Below are positions 1 to 9,600 of a stretch of 64,000 nucleotides of DNA, piece by piece. The notes under the pieces are model-generated. The model was not told the DNA's origin, made no database searches, and saw only the letters and a list, made by a program, of their open reading frames with translations. The position numbers and the translations under genes are program-made. Origin of the DNA: an uncultured virus (IMG/VR IMGVR_UViG_3300042884_001169) (lineage: Duplodnaviria; Heunggongvirae; Uroviricota; Caudoviricetes); the IMG/VR virus record IMGVR_UViG_3300042884_001169; one strand, 5' to 3'. The number at the start of each line of letters is the position of its first letter. Within the stretch, counting starts at the first letter, position 1.

Positions 1-196
1 ATACGAGTGATGAGAACGCGATGTAAAGGAGTTGTTGGGCGAAGTTGAGTTCGTCTGGCTCTTGCTCGTAGTCGAACCGTTGTTCGTAGTACCGGGAGTC
101 TTGATATAGCCCATCTCGGTCGAGGTCGTTTGGTGGTGTTGGAAGGTGTTCGTTGTGGTTTGGGCTGTTGAGCCATTCATCGAACCAGTCCTTCAT
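1..196 (-). CDS. hypothetical protein, 3'-truncated by the window edge (MKDWFDEWLNSPNHNEHLPTPP...)
   Basis: Hand translation: ATG at 196-194 overlaps the TGA of the upstream gene (ATGA coupling); the frame stays open to position 1. Confidence 0.6.
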   Translation of the reverse strand, partial: MKDWFDEWLNSPNHNEHLPTPPNDLDRDGLYQDSRYYEQRFDYEQEPDELNFAQQLLYIAFSSLV

Positions 197-1410
197 AGGA
201 GGGTCATTTCTCCCCATCCGTCTGGGGCGACGACCATTGAGAGGGTTCCGGCTCGGGTGCGGGTTCCTGTCATGTCGGACCAGTATTCGGATACTTGTGT
301 GAGTGATGGGGTGATGAAGACTGCTCGGCCTTCTTGTTCTTTGACGTTCAGGTGGTGGTAGTGACCGGCGATGAGTAGTTGTGAGTCGGCTACTCCGGGG
401 TATGCCCTGCCCATGGTTTGTGATTGCCACCATCCCCAGAGGGTTTCGGCTGCGTTGCCTTTGGGGCGTGCGACGTGTCCGTGTGTGAAAGCAACATTTG
501 TGCCAGACAAATTTAAAGAGACTGCGATTTCGTCCCTACTTAGTCTCCACCCAATGTGTCCATAGGCTGAAGGATTCGTGGAAAGTATCTCGGCCACTTG
601 TTCGAAGACTGCGACGTCATCGTTGTCATGTACTGCAGTAAAGGCCTTCTTGCCTTGCCGGTTTTCGCCATGATTACCGGGAATCGCAACCCCGATTAAT
701 TTATCTGTATGTGGAGCGACGGCCATAAAGATGTCTCGTACGGCTCGACGTACAAACTTGACCTGATCCCGTCGATCGAGTTCCACTCGGAACGGTTGGG
801 CGCTATAGAAGCCTTGGCAGTTTTCAACAAGATCGCCAAGTCCGGCGATGCAAACCTGTCCGATTCCTACGCGCGCGCGCCGAAGATCAGCAATGCGGTC
901 TGGGATTGATTCAACTAAAGCGGCTGCTGCTTTTGCTTGCGCTTCGACTCCTCCGCCGTCACAGTTACCAATTTGCCAGTCCGACAGAGCAACGACAAAA
1001 GTGGCGTCACCGGTTGGGGGGCTTTTCTTGGTCTTTTTGGCCTTCCGAACCTCCTGATATACATCTTCAGGAAGTGCTTCAAGTTTTCGTCGCCGCCGAA
1101 TCTCCGCTTTAAATGAATATTGGATGCAGGAAACCGCTTGTTCGCCTTGTTCGTCGCGCTTCCATCCGTCCCATGAACACCATCGCATGGTGTCGCCGAC
1201 GACTTCGTATTCTTCAGGGTCGAGTCCTCGTGCTCGGAGTAGGTCGTCCCATTCACCGGGGGGGCTGTCAAGAGTTCCGGTTGTGATAATTCCTTGAGTA
1301 CCATCCCAGACAACTCCGGGTTCCCATCCAGAGGGAACGGTGCGTTCGCGACTTGCTTCGGGTTCTTCTTCGCGACCTTCTAAAGATGAGAGTCGATCGG
1401 ACAGATTCAT
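193..1410 (-). CDS. calcineurin-like metallophosphoesterase (Mre11/SbcD-like phage nuclease or phosphoesterase)
   Basis: All five motifs in order: LSDWQIG, GLGDLVE, PGNHGE, FTHGH, GHYHH. Confidence 0.85.
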   Translation of the reverse strand: MNLSDRLSSLEGREEEPEASRERTVPSGWEPGVVWDGTQGIITTGTLDSPPGEWDDLLRARGLDPEEYEVVGDTMRWCSWDGWKRDEQGEQAVSCIQYSFKAEIRRRRKLEALPEDVYQEVRKAKKTKKSPPTGDATFVVALSDWQIGNCDGGGVEAQAKAAAALVESIPDRIADLRRARVGIGQVCIAGLGDLVENCQGFYSAQPFRVELDRRDQVKFVRRAVRDIFMAVAPHTDKLIGVAIPGNHGENRQGKKAFTAVHDNDDVAVFEQVAEILSTNPSAYGHIGWRLSRDEIAVSLNLSGTNVAFTHGHVARPKGNAAETLWGWWQSQTMGRAYPGVADSQLLIAGHYHHLNVKEQEGRAVFITPSLTQVSEYWSDMTGTRTRAGTLSMVVAPDGWGEMTLL

Positions 1411-1667
1411 GTTGTTCTCGTTTCTTTACACCCGCACCAGTTGTTGCGATGAACGCCTAATGCTTCGCGGGCTACACGGATACCTGATTCACGGAGTTCG
1501 GCATGAATGGCCCGAAGTGAAGTTTTACTGCCAGTCAAGAGGTTCTCAAGAATTTCAGCAGTGTCGCTATCGAGTTCTGTCTTAATCTCTCTGACTCGAC
1601 AAGGCCGTTGGCCCTGAACTGTTTCAATCATCGAAAGCCGTTCTTTCAAAGACGTCATTTCTTCCAA
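1407..1667 (-). CDS. small putative DNA-binding (HTH-like) protein
   Basis: 86 aa, helical pattern SLRAIHAELRESG...ALGVHR..C.C; overlaps the phosphoesterase start by 4 nt. Confidence 0.5.
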   Translation of the reverse strand: MEEMTSLKERLSMIETVQGQRPCRVREIKTELDSDTAEILENLLTGSKTSLRAIHAELRESGIRVAREALGVHRNNWCGCKETRTT

Positions 1668-1888
1668 CTTTCCCCATCATTGAGCAACCAATGAGCAACC
1701 AAACCGCCGATAACTCCACCGGCAATTTCGGCACCCATCCTTTGATTAGCAATCCAACGAACGCCCTGAGAAATACTCGGCCGACCCAAACCTCGCATAA
1801 TCCCGTTATAAACAAGCGCAGCACAAAGAAGGAATAGCGGCCCGATCAAAAACTGCAGGGCGTTTGGGCGGTAGTTTGTCGTGTCCAT
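1655..1888 (-). CDS. small membrane protein (start probably MDTTNY at 1888)
   Basis: Two hydrophobic segments; the longer start at 1996 would overlap the divergent gene and promoter. Confidence 0.5.
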   Translation of the reverse strand: MDTTNYRPNALQFLIGPLFLLCAALVYNGIMRGLGRPSISQGVRWIANQRMGAEIAGGVIGGLVAHWLLNDGESWKK

Positions 1889-1913
1889 GGCAGTCGCATT
1901 GGCGCTGCCGATG

Positions 1914-1937
1914 AGTATACGCTGAACATATGTTCGA
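1914..1937. promoter_or_regulatory. divergent -10 elements plus a LexA (SOS) box
   Basis: TATACT on minus (1919-1914) and TACGCT on plus (1918-1923), followed by the perfect palindrome GAAC-ATAT-GTTC at 1924-1935 and then GA. Confidence 0.6.
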
Positions 1938-1948
1938 AAGCCAGCACC

Positions 1949-2383
1949 ATGAATGATCACCCACTCAAAGCACCAGTACAAAACGCAATTAACCAAGCAC
2001 TGGATACCGATAGCGATCTATCTGCAGAAGCAATTACCGAGCAAGTAATGCGGGCGCTCGATGAACGTGGAGTTATCCAGTACGCGCCAAAAGGAACACT
2101 GCCTCTGCTCTCCGCCGCAGGACGAGTCTTTGTATGCATCGCAGAAAACCCAAGAATCACGTTGCGCGAGATTTCGGTAATGCTTGGGGTAACGGAATCC
2201 AACGTTGCTAGGTCTGTATCAAAACTTGTTGCTTCTGGAGTCATAGCAAGAACAAAAGTCAAGAACAGAAATGTGTACACAATTAAGATAAAAACGGCCA
2301 AAAAACACCCTGATATACATCGGTTTTACGAAGCGATCGATCCTCTTTGGCTTGAAGATGGAGAAAACGCACCACTTTTCTAA
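1949..2383 (+). CDS. winged-HTH (MarR-like) transcription regulator
   Basis: IAENPRITLREISVMLGVTESNVARSVSKLVASGVIARTKVKNRNVY fits a wHTH pattern. Confidence 0.8.
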   Translation: MNDHPLKAPVQNAINQALDTDSDLSAEAITEQVMRALDERGVIQYAPKGTLPLLSAAGRVFVCIAENPRITLREISVMLGVTESNVARSVSKLVASGVIARTKVKNRNVYTIKIKTAKKHPDIHRFYEAIDPLWLEDGENAPLF

Positions 2384-2425
2384 CAATGGCCGTTAAGATC
2401 TATCCATACTATTTTTGGAGGATCA

Positions 2426-2656
2426 ATGGGTTTTCTGACCGGACTTCTTTTAGTCGGATGGCTAAACAATCGAGCACTAGCCGATGACTATGAAGACTTG
2501 CTAGATGAATACGAACAACAAATCGATCATATGCACAGTTCCTACGAACTAGCGCTCGCCGAAGTGTTCTGCGGACCCTGTTGTAATTTCTGTGGATCTT
2601 GTGGCCCGCATCAGTTTTGTCGCCACTGTTTCGATAGCAGGATAGTTACTGAATAA
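2426..2656 (+). CDS. hypothetical protein with N-terminal hydrophobic segment and Cys-rich C-terminus
   Basis: GGAGG RBS; CGPCCNFCGSCGPHQFCRHC. Confidence 0.55.
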   Translation: MGFLTGLLLVGWLNNRALADDYEDLLDEYEQQIDHMHSSYELALAEVFCGPCCNFCGSCGPHQFCRHCFDSRIVTE

Positions 2657-2966
2657 TGGCCCACGCCGAAAATGCTTCGTCCTCGGATGGAATGATCCAA
2701 ACTTGGCAGGCATCGATATCGTGAGTGTCCCCGTTGACGGTCCACGCTATTTGAAGTGTTGGCTGTGGCTCGATTACGCCAACATTGCATTCAAGACCAT
2801 AAGTGTTAATGAAATAACGGACAATGCAGCCAACACGGTGGTGCTGGCATTCTTCGGCGCCCGGGCAGTCGACTGAAGTGATGATTAGTTGGGCTTTATT
2901 GAGCAGAAGGTGAATTTGGTGATTGTCGTTGTGCCAGACTGAGACGGCATCGAGTTCAGTCGACAT
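2646..2966 (-). CDS. hypothetical phage protein
   Basis: 106-aa ORF at the end of the long leftward gene run, overlapping its neighbour. Confidence 0.6.
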   Translation of the reverse strand: MSTELDAVSVWHNDNHQIHLLLNKAQLIITSVDCPGAEECQHHRVGCIVRYFINTYGLECNVGVIEPQPTLQIAWTVNGDTHDIDACQVWIIPSEDEAFSAWAIIQ

Positions 2967-3138
2967 CTGTCGGGTCCAGTTGTTCGGTTACTTTTGATTG
3001 CAACGCTTTTTCCATGTCAAAAATTAACCGTTGTGCTTTTTCCAATGCAGCGTCTTTTGTTTCTACTTCAACGGTCAGGCGACCGATTGTTGCTGTAAGA
3101 CGTTCGATCAGTTCTGAAGCGTCAATAGAAATCGTCAT
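2956..3138 (-). CDS. small coiled-coil hypothetical protein
   Basis: 60-aa ORF tightly packed between neighbours. Confidence 0.55.
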   Translation of the reverse strand: MTISIDASELIERLTATIGRLTVEVETKDAALEKAQRLIFDMEKALQSKVTEQLDPTDVD

Positions 3139-3145
3139 TTTGTTT

Positions 3146-4351
3146 TTACTCCAATGTCAAGTTTGCTTCGTGATTGTCGCTTGGTTCCAAAGACCAGTCA
3201 TTACCCGCAACGGTCCAAATGTAATCGTCCACTTCAAGTTCCTCAAACCGCTCATGGATTTCCGTGTCGTACTGGTAAGCGAAATATCTTACGAGCCGTT
3301 GGATCTCTTTATTGCGAACCCTCTGGGTATTTGAACCAGACGTGCTGATGTGCTGGATGTACCCCAACCTCTTGACGTGAACCATTCGAGTTGTCAGGAA
3401 AGTCCTGATGCAAAGTTCATAGTCATCAGCCACATGAATCTCGGGGTTGTGTCCACCGGCTGCGTAGTACGCCTCGCGAGTCCAAGCCCGAGCATGGTTC
3501 GGCATCCCCACTATATGACGCACAGTCTTAGCGTTTACGGACGGGTAGTTCGCCACAGCGTATGTATGGCCCCTGTAGTCCTCGTAGCGGTACGAGCCGA
3601 AGCCAAATGCGTATCCGTCCGGATAGGTGGCATTTTCGCCTGTATCGAGAATCTCGGCGCAGTCGGTGTAGGCGAAGCCTGCTTCGGGGAATGTCTGGAA
3701 GGCTTCAACGATGTCGCCTAGACAGTTGACGGTGAGTTCATCGTCGTGGTCAAGTTCTACAAAGATTGCTCCGCTGGCCAGTCCGCAGCATCGACGCTTG
3801 ACTTCACCGATGCGCCCGCATGGGGTTGCTGCTTTGAAGACTTTGATTCGACGGTCATGGGCGGCAAGGCTTTTGGCGATTTCAAATGTCTTGTCGTTAG
3901 GGGAGTCGTCGTAGATGACCCATTCCCAGTTGTCATAGTTTTGTTCGCAGAGAGATTTATACGGTCGGAGTAGGCCGGTACCGGTGTTGTAGGTAGGAGT
4001 AAACACCGAAACGAGGGGTGTCTCAGGGAAACGCTTCTGAGTCGCCGTACTCATGTATGCGCCCATCACATCGTGGGCTACATCAGACAGAGATACTTCA
4101 GAGTCGTAGTGCAGCCAACGCTTCCGAACCTCAATAGATTGCCTATTCAGATTCGGATAGTCCTCAGCGTCACCGAACGTGCAGATCACGCTGTAGTGAT
4201 GAGACGCTAGAACGAAGGCAATGTCGGTGTCTTCCGGAATGTCAGATACGGAGAATCCGTCAGCCTCATACTCTGCGGTGTTGTTGAGTACGAGTTCTTC
4301 AACGGGTGACTTGTTGCCAATAAGCAATACGGAAATAAGGCCAGAGTCCAT
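3146..4351 (-). CDS. glycosyltransferase family 2 (GT-A) with an N-terminal extension
   Basis: LVSVFTPTYN, WEWVIYDDS, FVELDHDD (DxD), ADDYELCIR. Confidence 0.9.
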   Translation of the reverse strand: MDSGLISVLLIGNKSPVEELVLNNTAEYEADGFSVSDIPEDTDIAFVLASHHYSVICTFGDAEDYPNLNRQSIEVRKRWLHYDSEVSLSDVAHDVMGAYMSTATQKRFPETPLVSVFTPTYNTGTGLLRPYKSLCEQNYDNWEWVIYDDSPNDKTFEIAKSLAAHDRRIKVFKAATPCGRIGEVKRRCCGLASGAIFVELDHDDELTVNCLGDIVEAFQTFPEAGFAYTDCAEILDTGENATYPDGYAFGFGSYRYEDYRGHTYAVANYPSVNAKTVRHIVGMPNHARAWTREAYYAAGGHNPEIHVADDYELCIRTFLTTRMVHVKRLGYIQHISTSGSNTQRVRNKEIQRLVRYFAYQYDTEIHERFEELEVDDYIWTVAGNDWSLEPSDNHEANLTLE

Positions 4352-4375
4352 GTGGTGACTCTAGATCAGTACCGC

Positions 4376-4726
4376 CTACTTATCAATAGATTCAATACCG
4401 ATTCGAGCCTCAAGAGCGCGAATGCGTGCAGCCTGCTCAGAGGTTCGTAGTTCCAGAACGTCAAGACGAGCATCCAAGTCAACAACGGCCTGCGCCGTCT
4501 TCATGTGGTTTTCAAGCCAGTCAGTGATCTGGTCATTGTTTTCTTGCCACGTTTCAGCATGAAGCCGAAGGCGTTCTCTGTCTCGTTCTGTGCCATTTTC
4601 AAGAAGGTCTGCTTCGCTTTCAAAGCCACATGAACGTGCGCCCATGTCCCTGTCAAATACTTGCCTTGGTTTGAATCCGAAGATTTCAGCGGGTCGTGTG
4701 CTGTCTGGAAGATTTTCGAGTCCCAT
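4376..4726 (-). CDS. hypothetical protein with C-terminal coiled coil (possibly fibre-associated)
   Basis: LDARLDVLE...RIRALEARI heptads; GGAG RBS; lies directly after the tail-collar genes. Confidence 0.55.
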   Translation of the reverse strand: MGLENLPDSTRPAEIFGFKPRQVFDRDMGARSCGFESEADLLENGTERDRERLRLHAETWQENNDQITDWLENHMKTAQAVVDLDARLDVLELRTSEQAARIRALEARIGIESIDK

Positions 4727-4733
4727 GATGCTC

Positions 4734-5255
4734 CTACGTTTTTATAATGAAGTTGATTAGAAGGTATGGCTGAAGGTTTGTATGCGCCGCAGAGGCTCCA
4801 ACACCCGCATCATAACCAGTAACTCCGATTACGAGTTCGGTTGATGTTTCCGTGGCGCTAGCGGCGTTTCGGATGCCGGAAACTCCGCTGCCACTGTCGG
4901 TGACGTTTGTGTATTGACTGTTGTGATAAAAATCTACATAGGTGTGGGCGTGACTAACCAGTCCGGATTGGGCAGCCGTAAGGGTTTCGGTACTTGTACC
5001 GCCCGTGGCATTCAATGTTCCAGTGTAATAAGGCACAAATGTCCTCATGTCAGGAACTGAAAAGGTGGGCGATGCGCTTCCATAGGTGTTTCCGATAGCA
5101 GCATAAAGAGCCGGATATGTTGCTATGTCATACGCACTCCCATTACACAACAACCAACCCGGTGGAATGGTGCTTGAGGGCCAAATGCTTACGAGTCCGG
5201 CAGGTATCTTTCGGGTTTGTTGAGACACGGGCCGTGATGCTTGGTTTCTTTTCAT
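4734..5255 (-). CDS. phage tail-collar domain protein (paralog 3)
   Basis: PAGLVSIW...PPGWLLCNGSAY...YPALYAAIGNTYG...FSVPDMR, HxH, C-terminal NLQPY...FIIK. Confidence 0.85.
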   Translation of the reverse strand: MKRNQASRPVSQQTRKIPAGLVSIWPSSTIPPGWLLCNGSAYDIATYPALYAAIGNTYGSASPTFSVPDMRTFVPYYTGTLNATGGTSTETLTAAQSGLVSHAHTYVDFYHNSQYTNVTDSGSGVSGIRNAASATETSTELVIGVTGYDAGVGASAAHTNLQPYLLINFIIKT

Positions 5256-5746
5256 CCGAAAGCCTTAATGATGAAACTCAATGATCTGTATGGCTGAAGG
5301 TTGTTATGAGAAGAAGCAGCATTTGCCGCAGCAGCCGTACTTGTGGACCCACCCACATCGACCCTGTTGAAAGCAGCCGATGCACTACTTCCGGTGTCGG
5401 CAAGGCTAAAGCCTTCAGTGCTGAAGTCAAATGTATTGTGGAAGTGATTTTTAAAACCCGTTTGAGCGCCGGTGAGAGTAACGGTAGCCACACCATCAGT
5501 TGCGCCGACGAAGGCATCAGTGCCATATGGCGTTCTTGATGAGAAGTTTGGTACTTGAAAACCGCCAGATGAGCCGAAACTGGTTCCAATCGCTGCATAA
5601 AGTTCCGGATACGTCGCTATCGCATAGCCGGTACCATCACAAAGAAGCCACCCCTTTGGGACTGTTGTTGTCGTCCAGTTCAAAATAGTTCCAACTGGAA
5701 ACAGGAAACGATCAAGAGATACTGGGCTAGAAACGTACTCGTCCAT
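5252..5746 (-). CDS. phage tail-collar domain protein (paralog 2)
   Basis: PVGTILNW...PKGWLLCDG...YPELYAAIGTSFG...FQVPNF, HFH, NLQPY...FIIK. Confidence 0.85.
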   Translation of the reverse strand: MDEYVSSPVSLDRFLFPVGTILNWTTTTVPKGWLLCDGTGYAIATYPELYAAIGTSFGSSGGFQVPNFSSRTPYGTDAFVGATDGVATVTLTGAQTGFKNHFHNTFDFSTEGFSLADTGSSASAAFNRVDVGGSTSTAAAANAASSHNNLQPYRSLSFIIKAFG

Positions 5747-6309
5747 TATGTCGCCTTAATAATAAAGGCAATAGTCAAACCGGGCATAAGGTTGGTATGA
5801 CTTGATACTGCACTTGCGTCAGCGGGATTACTTGTTGTGGCTCGTGTGACTTCCGATTGAGAGTTTGAAGCAATACCTGTAGATCCGCTTGAAACGATGA
5901 TTCCCGTAGATCGATAGAAATCAGTGTAAGTATGTCTATGGCCGGGCATTCCGGACTGGGTAGTAGTAAGTTGCACCGACGCATGACCGCCAGTTGAACC
6001 GATAGCCCGACCCAAGCCCGCTTCGGTAATGCCAAGGCCTGCGCCGTTTGTCCCCGTGAGAGCGCCAGTTGCTGTTCCACCCGCCCCAACGGGAATGCGA
6101 TCTGTAAAGTTTGGGACTTGAAAACCGCCACTTGAACCGTAGGTTGTTCCGATCACAGCAAAAAGTGCAGGATAAGTAGTAGTTGCGTAGCCCGTACCAT
6201 TACACAACAACCAACCCTTTGGAATGTTGGTTACTGACCCATACATAACAATCATGCCGACAGGCACTTGCAATGTAGGTTCAGAAACGTACTGGCTGAC
6301 TTCTCTCAT
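5746..6309 (-). CDS. phage tail-collar domain protein (paralog 1; start at MREVSQY)
   Basis: PVGMIVMY...PKGWLLCNG...YPALFAVIGTTYG...FQVPNF, HRH, FIIK; the start at 6309 avoids overlap with the upstream gene. Confidence 0.85.
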   Translation of the reverse strand: MREVSQYVSEPTLQVPVGMIVMYGSVTNIPKGWLLCNGTGYATTTYPALFAVIGTTYGSSGGFQVPNFTDRIPVGAGGTATGALTGTNGAGLGITEAGLGRAIGSTGGHASVQLTTTQSGMPGHRHTYTDFYRSTGIIVSSGSTGIASNSQSEVTRATTSNPADASAVSSHTNLMPGLTIAFIIKAT

Positions 6310-6311
6310 GA

Positions 6312-6674
6312 TCAGGTAATGGTGTTGACGTAACCGTGGATTGTAATGACGTTCGTGGTACCGGCGAAGGCACGCACGACAAGCGGAGTTGCATTGCCCT
6401 TGATCAAAAGACCGGGGGCCACAAGAACAAGGCCTGACTCGGGCTGAATCGTAAGTTCGATGTGATCGTCGGGAGCAGAAACCCCACCCCACTCAATAGT
6501 CAGTTTCACGGCGGCACTCGCTGAGGAGTTGACGGCGTAAAGCCAAATCTCGTGAAGGGTCGAGGCGGTTGACGATCCGGTGTGGATTGTCGTTCCAGCC
6601 GTTGCCGTAGCAGCCACTTTGATGGCACGCCCATCAGTAGAACCGCTCAAGATTGTTTTAGCGTAAGTAGCCAT
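6312..6674 (-). CDS. small beta-rich virion/tail-fibre-associated protein
   Basis: 120 aa, lies immediately downstream of the giant fibre gene. Confidence 0.65.
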   Translation of the reverse strand: MATYAKTILSGSTDGRAIKVAATATAGTTIHTGSSTASTLHEIWLYAVNSSASAAVKLTIEWGGVSAPDDHIELTIQPESGLVLVAPGLLIKGNATPLVVRAFAGTTNVITIHGYVNTIT

Positions 6675-6676
6675 TA

Positions 6677-9600
6677 TTACCTTCCGAAGATTTGCGAAGC
6701 GAGAATCAACTGATCGTCATCAGCGATGAGATTGGGGTTGAGTGTTGAAATCACTGTACCTGAAACTGGCATAGTGACTGAGGTTGTCCCAGTAAGCGTA
6801 AAGGTTACGGCGTAAGCACCTGATGTCGTTACGTTGCCACCAAGAGTAATCGTCTTGCCCGTGTTGGCGACACCAGTACCACCGTAGGCACCAGCAATCG
6901 TTGTGCCTTGCCACGTTCCGGTACCGATCGTTGCGACGGTATTGAGATTTGATGATGTTACTCCAGCACCAAGACTCGTAGCACCGATAACGGTGGTTCC
7001 GTTGATCTTGTAGGCCTTGTCTGAGGCGAGATCGACGTCTTGATTGAATGTCCAACAATCCGTTGCATCTACCCAGATGATGGTTTTGTCGGTTGCGCCC
7101 TTGAGGGTGATGCCACCGCCATCGGCAGTCACATCCGTGGGGCTTGCTACGGCACCGAGTTCGATGTTCTTGTCGTCTACTGAAACGGTAGTTGTATTGA
7201 CCGTTGTGGTAGTTCCGTTGACCGTAAGATCGCCGGTTACGACTAGAGCATTATTTACAGTCGTTGTACCTGACCCCGCACCGATACTTACTGTTGTTGC
7301 AGCGCCACCAAGGTTGAGCGTAGTGGCATTGGTGTTGAAGACAGTCGCAGTTCCTGTGCTAGTTGTGGTGATATCCCCACCATTTACCGCTATGTCGCTT
7401 GCTGTGGTTATAAGGCCAGCAGGTGATACTGATGCCAAAACTCCAGATACCAATCCCCATTCTTGAAGATTCGCAGTTTGTGTGTTTTGCCCTGTAACAA
7501 CAATACCTTTTGTGGTATTTGCTGAAGTTATAAAATAACCAACTTCAGCGGCACTTGATCCGCCTTCAACTCGAATGGATTCAAGTGAAACGATTTTGCC
7601 GTTGAAATCTACATAAGCAAGATTTTGACTAGAACTATTGGTCCAAGCCTGAAGTGGGCCAGATTGAAGGGACGCACCCTTTACAGTTAGAGGCGTAGTA
7701 GCGGCGTTAGTTGTTGTTACATTCAGATTGTTAAGAATGCCAACACTGGTAAGACTTGAGGCGGTGACACCAGAACTCAGCGTTGCCCCAGTAAGCGTTC
7801 CGGCAGCAGCCGTGACAGTGCCAGAACCACCCAATGAAATAGATGTTCCATTGACCGTCACTGAACTGTTCGTCAAAGCGATTGCTGCGCTTGAACCTTC
7901 ACCCGGCGTGTGAGTGACAGTTATACCCGTACCAGACGTAACGTCAGATACATAGTTGCCCGTCGTGTCGGTTCCGAGAGCAACTGAGTTCGCAGCGATA
8001 GTGGCCGTAAGAGTTCCGGATGCCAAGTCAGTAAGAGTCACCGAACCGGTGAGGTCACCACCAAGCGTGATCGTCGGATCAGGCTTATTGGTTGTGTTCG
8101 TCCAGTCCAAGTAATGCGAACCATGCTGGCCGTCCAACTGATCGGCATTGAGGTTCGTAACTACAGTCGTGGATGTAACGGCAATAGCGTTGGCATCAAG
8201 TGTGCCTACGACATAGACGGTGCCGTCAGAAGCGACACGCAGTCGAACGGCGGATGCGTCAGCGTCATAAATGGCAAGTGATCCAGCGGTGATTGCCGAG
8301 CCGGTACCTGTTGAAATGATTCGGTACTCACGTCCACTTGTGGCCGTGTTGTCCAGCGAGATTCGAGAGTTGGGATGCGAGTTGGTGAGAGCAAGAAGGT
8401 TTACATCGTCCCCGTCACCATTGACTGTTGGTGAATGGAATGTCGGGTCCTCATTGACGCCAACCGAAATCGTGTCGGTTCCAGCGGTTGTGGTGATTTG
8501 GATGTTTGAGATTCCGGCAAGCGTGAGCGTGTCGTTTAGGTTGTCAGCAACGACATCAGATTGACCTGAAACCGCAAAGGTGGTGAAGCCTTCCGATGGT
8601 GCGCCTTGAAAGCCTTGTGAACCTTGAGCGCCTGTAGCGCCTTGATTTCCTTGGAATCCTTGGTTGCCTTGGAACCCCTGAGAGCCTTGCGCGCCAGTAG
8701 AACCCTGTGCGCCTTGTGAACCAGTTACACCTTGAAAGCCTTGTGCGCCTACAGAACCTTGCGCACCTGTCGCACCTTGAGTGCCGGTGTCGCCTTGTGG
8801 TCCTTCAGCACCTTGAGCGCCGGTAGCGCCCTGACTTCCCGTTGCCCCTTGCGCACCGGTTGCCCCTTGCGCTCCGGTTGCTCCTTGATCACCTTGAGCG
8901 CCTTGCGCACCAGTAGCGCCCTGTGAGCCAGTTGCACCTTGTGAACCGGTTGAGCCTTGTGCGCCAGTGTCGCCTTGGAATCCTTGATGACCCTGTGCGC
9001 CCTGACTTCCAGTTGCACCCTGTGAACCAGTTGTTCCTTGAGCGCCGGTTGCACCCTGAACACCCTGACTACCTTGCGCTCCGGTAGCGCCTTGGTCGCC
9101 TTGGGGACCTTCGACGCCCTGATGTCCTTGCACACCTTGTGCGCCAGTGTTCCCCTGTGGGCCTTGACTTCCTTGCGCTCCAGTTGCGCCCTGTGCGCCT
9201 ACGTCCCCTTGGAAACCCTGATGTCCTTGAACACCCTGATTGCCTTGGCTTCCCTGAGCGCCAGTAACACCTTGGAAACCTTGAACACCCTGCGCACCCT
9301 GCGCGCCAGTCGCACCTTGATCGCCTTGCGGACCCTGAAAGCCTTGGAAACCGCGCGCACCTTGAACGCCCTGATTTCCCTGTGCGCCATCGTCACCTTG
9401 ATGACCTTGCGCTCCTTGCGAACCTGTAGAGCCTTGAACGCCAGCGTTTCCTTGTGGCCCCTGTGCGCCGGTCACACCTTGCGGACCCTCGTCGCCAGTT
9501 ACTCCGGTTACGCCTTGCGAACCTTGAGAACCGGTTGCACCTTGGAAACCCTGATGCCCTTGAACACCCTGCGCGCCAGTCGTGCCCTGAACGCCCTGAT

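Noticed and set aside
4734..6309. Diversity-generating retroelement or invertase shufflon acting on fibre tips
   Set aside because: No reverse transcriptase, adenine-specific TR/VR pair, recombinase or inverted cassettes were seen in the window
6310..6492. N-terminal 61 aa of the 248-aa ORF call
   Set aside because: It overlaps the real upstream gene in another frame; the ATG at 6309 matches the paralog lengths
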